Below are positions 41,343 through 62,479 of a stretch of 64,000 nucleotides of DNA, piece after piece. Numbering within the stretch: the first letter of the stretch is position 1; every line of letters begins with the position of its first letter. The position numbers and the translations under genes are program-made. Location: contig NMRA01000028.1 of NCBI GenBank assembly GCA_002633005.1, positions 1,513,630-1,577,629 on the forward strand, given 5' to 3'. The stretch is from Phoronis australis (lineage: Eukaryota; Animalia; Phoronida). The notes beneath the pieces are model-generated. The model saw only the letters and a list, made by a program, of their open reading frames with translations, had not been told where the DNA came from and ran no database searches.

Positions 41343-42849
41343 GTTTATGTCAGAATCTGTTTACCTAACAAAGGACAGACATGGCAGGATGTGCATCTTG
41401 CTTTATAAGGACACACTTGTTTTTAGGGCAAAAATGCATTTTTATAACTATTGGAATAGTTATTAGCTTTTACTAGAGCAATAAAACAAACCAAAAAAAA
41501 AACTTCTTTGATCTCATTAAAAATCTCCAATTCTTGTTAGGCACCAGTCATTCTCTGAAATAGTGGTCAATGACTTTAAGCAATTATATATACTGAAAAT
41601 ACTGCCTTAATTACAACATGGGGTTCAGCACTGCAGCAAAGTGTTGGAATGCCACCGCTGAAGTTGAGAGTTTGAATTTGTCTTGGGAGTGAACTTGTCT
41701 ATCCTAATGTGTCATTTTAAAAAGGCTTCTGCAAATCTAAAAAGATAGATAGGAGTTTTATAAAATTTTCTACACAATTTCGTGGTGAATAGATAATGGG
41801 TCAACATTTGTTGTTTCATTCACAAATATAATTCTAATTAATACAAGGCCGCCATTGTCCTTCATGTTCATTGGTTGCAAGTTGGAGATGGGAGGGGCTT
41901 GTCCAATCCCACGGAATGAGTACAAGTCCAATGCCTAGTATAATAAGACAATTCATCAGATCAGTAGGTGTTGGTTATTTATGAGTAGCCAGTATTCACA
42001 AAAAATCACCCGACTGTCAACCAATAAGACCATTTATCTGCAGCAAACTCGAACCATGAAAATTTAGTTGTTTGCTGGTTGAGAGAACTGCATTCCTTGA
42101 TGAACACTGACATTTCTTTTTTACTTTTTGTTCCAGTTCTTTTAGCAATACAACCTGCTGAGAATGGTTTACTTTCCTTCCTGTATGAGCGTAATTAGAA
42201 ATCCAAATCGCATATTTGTTTACAGTCAGATCTTCAAGAATATAAACACTAGCCACAGGTTACTTAGTTGAAGAGTATAGTTTAATAAATAGCAAAGTGG
42301 GACATTTAATTTCAATGACTGAAGTTTAGATTGCATAGTATTTGCATAATATACAAAAAATCCTCAGAGATCAGTCACTTTGCATTGAGGTTTCTTAAAA
42401 AGTCGAGAGTTTCAAATAAGACTGCTTTCTACAAAATGTCTTTTATTCACAATCACTATGTGTACAATACTGCCATGGCAACGCATGGAGAGCTTGAGTA
42501 CCCTTGAGTACCCTTGAGAGGCAGGCTAAACTGATGGAGCAATCAGGATATTAAAACATACATAATTAACATAACAAGGTTCACCTTCTGTAGATGTAGA
42601 ACTTCTTAAAACCGAATATCTGATGCTTTCTGAAACAACTCTTCAATAACGAGCTGAAATATCTTCTAAAATGATGACTAAAAGATGGACACTGGCTTAC
42701 TGTGACTATCTCATGCTAACAAATCAATACAGAGTGATTGTGAGTTACTCACAATAAAGTACACTATATGGAGCACGTGTTTTTAGCCAAGGTACATCAT
42801 CTACAAAATAATGTGTTTTCCTGCATTGCCCTGCAGTTTAGGAGTTGAG

Positions 42850-51692
<8,843 letters not shown>

Positions 51693-52145
51693 TTTGGCAG
51701 TGCCGCTGTTTATCATATAAAAAGACAAAAGAAACTTTAATTCTCTTTAATATTGCAGAATTTTTTCATCATTGCACAATTTTTAATACCTAGGACAATT
51801 ACCATGTGCATGAAATTTTGACTGTGACAAACGTATGAAAAGTATGCAAATAATTTATTGTATATTAGCGGCTTTAAGATGAGGGAGCATAACTTGTACT
51901 GTGACTGACAAAATTCATTTTGAAAAACATTGAACTTTTCATAAATTTTAAAATATTAAAAAATAACAAATGTTCAATTTATGTGAAATTTCTTTGTTTT
52001 TAAGTGCGTTTATTTATAAGTTGTTTGATATAGTTTAATGAACTCTCTTTGATGTCGACTGCCATCTAGCGGATTAGTGACAGACGAAGGAAAGGTGGCG
52101 GACACATCGATGTTTACGTACGCTGATTGAAACTAAAAAAGGTAG
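51693..52145. promoter_or_regulatory. Putative HIF1AN promoter, possibly bidirectional, with a CTCF-like site
   Basis: CTGCCATCTAGCGG at 52059-52072 (reverse complement CCGCTAGATGGCAG). A + strand CpG-containing segment ends in donor-like AAG|GTAGG at 52141. Confidence 0.4.
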
Positions 52146-53028
52146 GCTTAAATTCTTGCTGAGTGTTTGGGAGACTGGTACCTTTCACCGACGTCATGTC
52201 GTAATTTTCACCCTACCTATTAGCCACAGTACCTTTTACGTAATTGTGGAATTGGGACGTTCTGTGTAGGCCTAGTGTTGAAACAAAAATATTTTTCTGA
52301 TCCTCCACTCTAACAGTCACCTCACAGACTCAGTGATTTCCATTCACCGGCTAAGGTCAGGCATATGATTGCGCGAGTGTAGTCGACTCATTTTACTGTA
52401 CATTTAATGAAAATCTATGATGTTTGAGACTTCACTCATAGCTCTTAACTGTTAAATCTAAAGTTGTGAGTTGTGCACACGTTAATCAGTATCAAATAAC
52501 ACTGTGACTGTCCACTGTGAGAGTGACTGTCATTACCTCATGGTTATTGATCAGTTTGAATTAATTGATTGAATCGGAGTCACCCACTCTTTGATATCTA
52601 ATGATCTAGCTATTGATCAGTACTAAGGGGGTGTGAAGTGAAACTCAGGCATGTGTACACCGCAGGGATATGGTGATGTTTGACGTTTGTTTTCAGCCGT
52701 TTTATAAGTGATAAATTAAAAAGTGCCAAACTCTCTACAGAGTTAAATGCTTATCCCTGAATAATGTCAGTGACTATAAATAAATTAGCTCAACTCTTAC
52801 TACTTACCTTATGATATTTTGTTGTTGATATGACAGAGCTCATGTTGGTTGACCAAATTATAAGTCCAGTATTTTTCTTCTGTTAATGTGCCTACTCAAA
52901 TGTGAGTATCTCACACAGCGCTTGGTGTACACAGCAAATTGATGAATATGTACAATGAAGGTGATTAAATATGAATACAGATTTAACTGCTACATTTCAA
53001 AAACTCCTTGATGGATGCAAGCCTTCAC

Positions 53029-53942
53029 CAGGACCTTTTCCAGGATTTCGAAAATAGGGTGTCCAAAAATGGGGTCCCCAATATTCTAGGGTGTCCATGA
53101 TTCCAACGACGCATTTTTCCCACCCTCTACCACCATTCATCAGTAATCCCCCTCCCCACACACACAGTGAGGTTTTTTACAAAACATGTGTAGAATATGG
53201 CTTCTTCATCTAAGTTTACAAAAACAGCTCCCTTGTAGTGAGCTTTTTTACTAAAAAACTTTGTGAATCAAGATTTGTGGTGTCTAAATTTACGAAAACA
53301 GCCAAACAGCTTACCAAACAGCTTACCAAACAGGTATTACAGCTATTACAGATATTGGTTAAACGATGAGTGCACTGTTTTTGGTGATCTCAAGTCAAAT
53401 TGCTGTTATAAAGTTTAGCTTTATATTTTGTACAGTGAGTCATCAATGGGGATGTTCTTGTGGCACAATATATTATCAAAATAATGACATTCATTTCGCT
53501 TTTGTTGTTTTTAAAAAAGATGAAAAAGATGAAACTACAGCTCTGAAACACCAGTTTGGAGTTAACCAAGGTCGGTCTCCCTGTATAAAGTACTGAATTA
53601 CAATAAGACTTAAGCAGAGAGTGCAGTGGCATACACTTTGGGAACCAAACAAGTGCTAATGATTGACAGGTATTCTCAGAACATTGAACCTAGTTTGAAC
53701 ATTGCAACATGTCATGTACATTGCATTGTATATTTCTTTCTGAGTTGAAAGGGCCAACACTTATCTCTTGAACTATCACACATCTTTCATTAACTGGGAG
53801 TCCTAGTAATCTTACAATGTGGGTGTCCAAACCAGAAAAATCTGATTGACAGTGGGCGTCCAAATGATACATTGGGTGTCCTTGCCAGGACGTCCAGATT
53901 AGTGCATTTGGACGCCCAGGACGTACGCTGCATGAAGGCCTG
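53029..53942. mobile_element. Non-autonomous hAT-like DNA transposon
   Basis: Termini CAGGACCTTTTCCAG / CTGCATGAAGGCCTG; 8-bp flanks GCCTTCAC / GCCTTCAT; subterminal GGG(T/C)GTCC repeats. Confidence 0.7.
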
Positions 53943-54909
53943 GCCTTCATTTAGAGGTCATCCAAAGTGTCCAACTTAACACCCTTGCTCAAGTTTAGAC
54001 ACCCTGTCTGGGACAACCTGTGTTAAGCATTTGGCCATCCAAATAAAGTTAGTATAAATTTGTGTCTCTCTTAATTTCAAAGTGTAAACAGTAGTTCCTG
54101 GAACTCATTGACCTTCTATTTCCAGATAGTTTTGGTGTATTGCGAGTCTGTTTTTGGCATTTGCTTCTTTAGCGGACAAAACACTCAATGAGCATCTGTG
54201 GGTGTATCTCCTAAACCCATTGTACAACATCTTTGTTAAATTTGGCAAGTGTAATTTCTAGGAGTGTGACAATGGAAGACGTTGACTTTCAGACAGATCC
54301 AACTACCTTTTTCGCCTCTTAGATTTCCATTTTCGCATGTATATTTGGAGTTCCTTGATGGATTTTGGCTAAATAAGTTTAGAAAAGAGGCCATAACAGC
54401 TTTTTATTTTCGGATGGGTTCAAGGTATTTTATGTCATCTAGTTAAGTGGCCATTTTTATTATTTTCGTATTGGTTTTTGGCGTCCACCTCTTTATAAGT
54501 CAAAACACTGAGAATCACTGATCATGAAAATTGCCGTATGTGTTCCTAAAGTTGGAAAGTGATTCTCTGACTAGCTGACTGTTGTGGCGTCCTCATGTGC
54601 CAAGTTTAGTGTTTTACCTGGAACTCTATACCTACCTAGTTCCTTGGTGGATCTTCATAGAATTTGGGATGTGTTTCTCTTGAGGAACAACTTAAGTGGC
54701 TTTTGGGACCAATCCAAGTATCGTGTAGTCCCGTAGTATATACATTATTTTCTTTGCTTTCGCCTTGATATGTACCGAGTTCATGATGGATTTTATGAAA
54801 TTGGTAACTAAGTTACTATCGTTAGACAACAGTTCCTACCTTTTCAATTCCCTATCTTCCAAACTGCTTGAATAATCCCAATGAAAGATGACAGCTGTGT
54901 TCCTATTAA

Positions 54910-57900
54910 AGTCTAACTTCAACGGAATTTTGTTATTTAAGATGTATTGGGCTAGATAGTTCTAGCAAGGCCTCAGTAAGATAAAAAAATGCGAGTTCAA
55001 TCACGCAAATGTAAGCCCGTCAAATGATAAATGAAGCTGCGTTTTCGTGTCATGTTGTGTCACAGAGAGATCCCAGCACAAACAACAAAAAGTTGTTAGC
55101 AGTTGTATTGAATAGGGGTCTGAATAGAACACCATTGTGTGTGGGTGTTATTCACAGCTGTTTGAATTAAGAGGTGATTCTCGAAGTGACATAGAGAAAA
55201 GCAAGCCTATACGCCTAACGCTTCCTTACATTTGGCAATTTATGACACTGTTGGGCTCAGAACGATGGTCTTAACATACTGTAGGAACCAAATTCACTTT
55301 TGTTACCGTTCAAGATATGCTTTATAGAGAGCATTGCTGACTTGCTTTGCACTTCCTAGGGGCCATTTCAAAAATACTACTGTAGCATTGCTTAGAACTT
55401 TTAATATGGTTGTTTAAAATAATGATCGCTCTCCATTGTTCTTGTTTTTAAGCTTTGTTTTGTAATTTTACATTTACAGCTGAAACTAAGTCTAGAAAGT
55501 GGACACCATCTCTCTCGTTTTGCTTTAAAAACATGGGAATATCAACAGCTGTGTACTTAGAGAGACCAACTCTAACTACACCATTGCTTGCTATGCAGGT
55601 GCTTCTAACATAAAAGTGCTTGGGTTTCATATTTGATATTTCCACGCCTTGTGCTTGAAAACGAAATAAATCCTCTGTCTAATCATTATTTTATAAGTAA
55701 GGCTGGTTTCTTAGTCTAGACAAAATAAAAGCTAGCTCATGAAAGGTTACTGCATAATCACAAGTCTCCTGTGAATATTTAGACATACCTAACAGCCTTC
55801 ATATTATCCTTCAATGAAGGGAACACCCCTTTTATGTATTTGGTTTTGAATGATAAAATCTCTATTTATCTCTGTTTAGAAGGTGAACTTATTTACCTGT
55901 GAGTTATCTGCAAGTCTGCAACTCCTTTTGAAGAATAGTTTGAAGAATAGCATTTGAACTAGGCAGAACCCCCCCTATTTGATGGAATGCGCTGCCAACA
56001 TGGGTGGGTACTTTACTCTGTAGGGAGTTAGCTTTGTTATTTACTTTGTTCTTGTATCTTTGATATGATCTCTCATGGGTATTTTAGATAAATTTGTGAA
56101 ATTAGGTATTATTGACTTTCGAGTGTCTGGTCTGGCAAAACCACCTCTCCTCCAAAGATTTTTTGATTTTAATATTGGTATGGTTCCTGATCAGATTGCT
56201 CTGTTACAAATATGTAGGCTATTTTCGTCTTTATTTTTTTCTCTGTGTTATCAGTATGAGATTTTGAAGATAAGAAGAAGTGACTAGATCGAATTATTTA
56301 TTTTGTCTAAAACAGGGAACCATTTTTTAAATCTCCTAGCAATAGTCACACACAGGGGTCCCGGATTTTGAGAACCAATTTGATGCCCATTATTCGGACA
56401 AAAGTAGTTCTCAAAATGCAAGACCCCTGTATGTGAAAACTCGGCTGATCCTGGCATGACTAAGCTATAACTCCAACGTTGGTCAAGTACCAGTTCTAAA
56501 TCTTATAGGGTTCTCCTGGATTATACAGCAATAGAACTCTCATTTCTTTCGGAGATAAGAAAGCGCGTGACCTCATTTTGGAAATCAGGCGTATTTTCAT
56601 GTTTCTCACTGATATCGGAAAGGCGAAGAATTTCAGATCATGCATCCATGGGTATTTGTCCAGTTTTCCTACCTTTCTCACGTCAGAGTTGCAGTACACA
56701 GCATAGCAGTGCAGTAATACTTGTTAGCATTAGAGCAATGCAACCGAGAAAAAGTTTTAAAGAATCAGACAACAACAAATAACATGTGAAACTCCAGTGG
56801 CACAAAAATGAGGCAGCAAATGTGCCTAATGGATGTTTATGGCATTGTGGGTAAATACAGCAAGATATGAGTGTCACTGTGTAATCTTATCTGGCTGGCC
56901 CTATTGAGAATGGCCAAGTTAACTTCCCTGTTGAGGTGTGAGTCTAGGCATCTCTAGTAGTGGACAACTCAGTGAAAAGAGCCCTAAAAGTATTGTTGGA
57001 AGATGTTAGTTTTCATTGAAAACTGTACTCATTATCAAATATGTGGTATTTCATGTCAAAGTTCTCTGTGTTTCTCTTACAAACAGAGCTCATGAACAAA
57101 CCACTATTTTGTTAAATAACAAAGTTTGAAACGCCTTTGCCTGAATCCAGGGTATATCTGCTTAATGACAAGTTGCATACTAAGCAGCTTGAACCAATCG
57201 GTTTCAATAATCTATGATTTATTGTTGGCAAATATTTGATTTGTTCATGAGCAACTAAGTGAGCAGATAGGTTTCTTATAATGTTTGATCCAAAAGACAT
57301 GCTTGTTAGCAGTGTTTAGAAGGTTGAGGAGGGTGACCTAGAGTAGGCTTCATAACAATTGAATGTCAGGAATGTGCTGGTAGTTTGTTTGCCTTCAGTG
57401 ACTAATCTAGCAATGCTAGGAGACATTAATAGGAGTAAGAGCTAATTAATTTTATGTATGCTAAGCCACCTTGTTGTTATTGAGTACTCAAACCATTTAA
57501 TTGTGGTCTCTTTGAGTTACTGTACCTCAAGATAATTATTGCATTGAATGTGATACATAACCCAGTACATGGTATGTGAAGACTTAAGCCTATCGTCAAT
57601 GGTAACACATGTAAATTTGGTTCTTACAGTATGTTAAGAGCATAGCTCTGAGCCCACTAGTGCCATAAATTGCCAAATGTAATAAACTATTAGGCCTATT
57701 GGCATGCTTTTGTCTTGTCACCCAGAGAATCACCTTTTAATTCAAACAGCTGCAAATAACACCCCCATGCAATGGTCTTCTATTCAGACCCCTATTCAAT
57801 ACAACCTTTTGTTTGTGCTGGGATCTCATGGTGGTGACCCAACATGGCACCAAAAGGCAGCTTCACTTATCATTTGACAGGCTTACATTTGCCTGATTGA

Positions 57901-57988
57901 ACTGCTTTCTTATTTTGCTAAGGCTTTGGTAGGACTATCTGGTTAGCCCAATACATCTAAAATAACAAAATTCTATTGAAGTTAGGCT
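54910..57988 (-). mobile_element. ~3.1-kb DNA transposon relic with ~400-bp TIRs and THAP / SWIM-adjacent remnants (Kolobok- or ISL2EU-like)
   Basis: 54910-55310 is an inverted copy of ~57597-57988 (e.g. 'gttgtattgaataggggtctgaatagaa' / 'ttctattcagacccctattcaatacaac'). Left end is TTAA|AG; right end is CT|CCAA. Minus-strand peptide 'HCYAVYCNSDVRK..KYPWMHDLKFFAFP' at ~56610-56712. Confidence 0.65.
56339..56437. mobile_element. Hairpin MITE family A (copy 4), nested in the long-TIR element
   Basis: AATAGTCACACACAGGGGTCCCGGATTTTGAGAAC ... GTTCTCAAAATGCAAGACCCCTGTATGTGA. Confidence 0.75.
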
Positions 57989-58358
57989 CCAAAGTGCATG
58001 CATTGAATAAAATCTAGTCACAAGTACCAGGCTTACTGACCATCCAATTTCATTGTCAGTTTTCCTTCATTAAAGTGTTAGTTGTCTGTGACAGGTCCTA
58101 ATGCATATTGGTCTTTGCCAAAGGATGTGCTATTTGTCAGTAGCGGCAAAGTTGTTGCGAAATGATAATGTCAAGTTAATGTCACAACGATTGAAGGGAC
58201 TTTACATTTTTTATGGAGTCAAAGGTGCCATTCCTTGTTGTTTTAATGTCAATTTTCCATTTTTTGGTTGATTATTTCTCAGACAACTGTTTAGAGATTT
58301 AGTTTTCCAGAATCCCATTCACGTAAAATTGTTCACGCATTAAACTGACTATTTGACA

Positions 58359-59253
58359 TATGAGGGGCAGAAAGGGCAATCCTATTTATAAATAAATCCT
58401 GTTTCGTAACTTCAATTCTATGTGATTAATTCAACCCAATTTAAAATGAAAATAAAACCTGTTTGACAATTCATCTTAATTTGAAAATTCAATTCAACTC
58501 AATAAAATCCATCTTGTTTAGAAGATTCATTGCTTCTATAAAGTCAGATGCTATTTTAAAGATACATGCTACAGGCATTAATTCAATTCCGTTCCGGAGA
58601 TTCAGCCAACATTCGTAAACGGAGCGTGTAAACTTGATCGTGTTTAAATAGAAAATTAACCTGTTTTGCAGATTCTATTTTGCAAATCCTATCGGTAGGA
58701 AGCGAAACTAGTTTATCACGTGACTGAAAATGGCGACGCTCACCTTGGCGCTCGTTGTTAATGAAATTTAAAATATTCAAGAACAGATTGTTGCAGACGA
58801 TTTTTATGAGGGAAATATATACAAGCTTGAGCATTGGTCTCGAAGGCTTTTGGATCTGCCAAACTTGGAGGGAACGGCGGTATTACTGATGCGAGCCTCA
58901 ACCTTTCATGGTGGGATTGGTTTTAGGAATCGCTGACGGGATTGACGAAACAGACTCGATTCATTAAAACATGAACGATTTCCGTAACAGGGTTAGTTTT
59001 GTGAATCACCAACAGGATTGACTAAACAGGGCCTATTTCATAAAACATGCTTGATTCTCCGAAACAGGTTTGCTTGTAGACGGGGTTGTGTTACATAGAA
59101 TTTTATTTACAATACAGGAATTATTTTTAGGTAGTATTAAATTTACTCTAGGATTTAAAATTTTAACAGGATTGAATTTATTAAATAGAGTTGAATTTAC
59201 AAAAGAGGGTTTGTTTTCTTTTTTCACAATTTTTGCCCTTTTCATCCCTCATA
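58359..59253 (+). mobile_element. IS3EU-like non-autonomous DNA transposon
   Basis: TIR TATGAGGGGCAGAAAGGGCAA / TTGCCCTTTTCATCCCTCATA; 6-bp flanks ttgaca / cagaca; mirrored subterminal CCTGTT / AACAGG repeats; interrupted ORF from ATG 58730. Confidence 0.62.
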
Positions 59254-59884
59254 CAGACACAGGCCGTTCACCTTGTCCCTGACTAAACAGAAAATACTGA
59301 CATCAACTACCATCTCAGTTCTGCTTCTGTAATGATAGTGGACCTGCATAAATTACCAAGGAAGTGTTTTTAGGATATGCTCACACTTTGATGTACCCTT
59401 ATTTGGTTCCAGTATGGCATCGGGTGCATGATCAGTATTTGACAGAGCTGGGTGTTTTCTCCACACATCAGAAGGGTTGTGTAGGACCTTATTGACAGCT
59501 CTGCGTATTTAACCAAGTAAATAAAACCATATTTTTAACTCACTAAAAGTAAATCTATATTTCTGGAAGTAGAAAGCTTGTACAATTTGATGTTTTTTTC
59601 TACTTTTTACCAATCTATTAGTAACTTGGTCACGTGATTACGTCTTTTTAGTAAAATTTTGCAAATTTTTTTGATTTTATTGTTCAAGGTGGTATCTCAG
59701 AAACGCTTTAATTACAATTTTCTAAAATATCATCTCGTTTTGTTTCAAGCAACTTTATCATTAAGGTCTTAATTTTCCAGTACCTCATGCAAAAGAGGAA
59801 TATTTTGAAAACAATCCCTCACTGCATAAATGAAGAACAGTACATTAAGTATGCCATGTGAAAGTTTTAGATGAATCCAATTGG

Positions 59885-60089
59885 CTGACTTAGCTAAGAC
59901 AAATAAAAATTGAATTTGTCTCAAAGCCAATTCAAGAAAGAGATCTTAAGTTTGACTTAAGTTTTTGACATAAGTTTTGTCTTAATTTTGACTTACTTAC
60001 CGAATGTGGAAGTTTCAAAGTTTGGAAGTTAAGACAAATCTTAAACTTAAGTCAATAATGAACTTAAGTCAGTTTCTCGGAACAGGCCC
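59885..60089 (-). mobile_element. Partial inverted copy of the 16305-16536 Harbinger-type MITE
   Basis: Ends 'gtcaataatgaacttaagtcagtttctcggaacaggccc', the reverse complement of the 16305 terminus. Confidence 0.62.
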
Positions 60090-62307
60090 ATGATAATCAT
60101 AAATTAGCCCTGGATTCCTGCACAATTTACTGTAAAATTGTTCAAGTTAAATGTTCTGGAAATAGTATAACCAGTGAATGTTGCAATATGACAAAAGATG
60201 CCCTGAAATGGTTTGTGATCATTCCAGGTTTTGTTTTTATTTTTTATGACCAAAAACTAATGATGCCTATTCCGCTGTATATTAGTGGGTAAATTTTGTT
60301 TCTAGGCTGCTGTTAAAACCCTCCTAAATGTTGACATACACCAATCGGCGCTCGATTTGGTGACCTGCTGGTCGCCAATCCAGCCTCAGATTGTTTGGCG
60401 ACCTGGGAAACATCTCAAGTCACCAATGCGAGTATCAAAGTCAGACAATAATTCAACCTAAATTTATTTCAAAGTTCATGTTGACTTTCAAACTTTAGAA
60501 CACTTCTAACAGTTTTCCTGGATTCATTACCTTTGATTTACAATTCATTTCCTAAAATCAGTGCATTTGCCACCTCAGCAGTCAGCATGTCAAACATGCA
60601 TTTAAATCACAACAGGAAATAAAGAGATGGACATCGGAATTGTTCGTTAAAAATTAGTCAAGACCGGTGAGATAGGCGCCACCAGTATATGCGATTGTCT
60701 GCATTCAATGTTCATTTGTTGAGTTATACTGAATGATTGTACATTGTACATTTGCGAGAAGAAATGGGACACGTATGATACGCGTAAGATGCTGCACGAG
60801 AACGGGGCACATTTTTTGCCAGGTTGCCTAATGATACTTGGCATTAAGCAAAGCGTCAAGTGCTGCAACTCACTGTTACAAAATAGAGTTGTCTTTTGGG
60901 CTTGGGAACACTTCTCAAGTCTTTATGGCTGGAGATCAACCTCAACCTCAACAAGTTGGCTTGCCATGGCAGCTCAGTTTAGGCGTTGAACATCGTTTTA
61001 TGCAAGAACAGAATGTCTGTACTTTCATAGTCCAGAAACCACGTCTCATCTGAGTGCAAAACAAACTGAATTTAGTTTTATGGAGAACCATCCGTGGCCT
61101 AAATCAAAAGTTTTGTTTCATCGACAGATTGCTTGTTGACAGCAGCTCTAATCATGCAAGTAACAGTATTTGCAAGTACTGCAACCATAATCACAAAACT
61201 AGTTTGGTTGGTCCTTTTGTTCAGAAGAACATTCTATGGTGTCTTGATATGTGTGGGAACAGGTTCTTCTAATACATTTGCTTATGTAAGTTATAATTAT
61301 TTGCCATTTCTGGATGTTTGATATGAATTTCAGACAATTATCACCAAAATCGGTCACTAGATGTTTCCTTTTGGTAAATAGTTTTGTACCTGATAAAAAT
61401 GAAGATCTAAAGTCCAGTCATAAATTAACTGGGGAGATAAAAAGCCTTTCATACCAACATTGATATGTTGTTTTGGGGAGTGTCCCGTTGATGAGAACAA
61501 ATTTAGTCTTTGATCAGGACAAGTCTTGGTGCTTAGCATTTCGTCAACACGCCAAATGAGACCAGGAAAAATTCCCAGGTCGCTAAATGGGAAATGAGCT
61601 CTCCAAAGAATAGAAACCCCATGTACAGTGGTGCAAATCCTGCCTTTCATAAGTGATGGTCACTTTTAATGTGCTCAAAACCAATTTCAAAAAAACAACC
61701 CCTCTAGTCGATCAGTTGTCAAATAAGAACTCTCTCAAACACTATCTAATGATGTGATAATTAGCTTTTTATTAGCATTTGTTGGTCAATACATACTACG
61801 AAGAATCGGGACAAGTAATCTTCTTTTGTTTGAAAAGTCATAAGACATTGCTGCTGTTTATGATATATACATATATATATAAATGATTGGTGAGACATAG
61901 CATTTGGGGTGGATGTGAAAACATATCCCAGTTAGCGTACCAGTTAGTGTACTAACTTCGCCAACATTGCAAAACAAGTCACTGTTTTGTGTTTGGGAGC
62001 TGAGGTAATTTTGGAAATAGAAACATGAACAGAAATTACCGAATAAACCCAAAATGATTCATTTTTGGTCTCGGAAACAGGATTGGAAAACAAGGAATAA
62101 ACTTGAATGGTTTGTATTTGACTTGCACCTAGCTCAATAGGCAGTCTTCTGTTGTGCTCTTCAGTATCACAACTGTCGGCTATTGTAATATGCCTTCTCT
62201 TGAGAGGACGCTAAGTCATGTCCCAGTGTCTCCATTTGTTTCCTTCGACCATCAAATGGAAGGAAACATGAAGAATGACATAAGGGTTCAAGGAAATACT
62301 GTTTTTA

Positions 62308-62410
62308 GGCAATTGTCACTTACAGGGGTTTTCGATTTTGAGAACCAGTTTAATCCCTGTTATTCAATGGAGAAAATGGTTCTCGAAATGCAAGATTCAC
62401 GCAAGTGATT
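62308..62410. mobile_element. Hairpin MITE family A (copy 5)
   Basis: GGCAATTGTCACTTACAGGGGTTTTCGATTTTGAGAACCAG ... TGGTTCTCGAAATGCAAGA..GCAAGTGA. Confidence 0.7.
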
Positions 62411-62479
62411 TCTTTCATGGCAAGTAATGTCAAATTAAGTTTGTGTAAGATGCTAGAAAAATGTCCTTATTTGGCCAAT

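Noticed and set aside
42670-42760. C-box-like ATGATGA in the HIF1AN 3' region
   Set aside because: No D box at a suitable distance and not intronic on that strand.
58583-58834. Minus-strand ORF with a donor-like site as HIF1AN exon 1
   Set aside because: No FIH similarity; it lies within the TIR element, and the true exon 1 is at 51627-51692.
60647-61650. Cluster of short ORFs as a possible gene or transposase
   Set aside because: No motif or consistent exon chain that I could identify.
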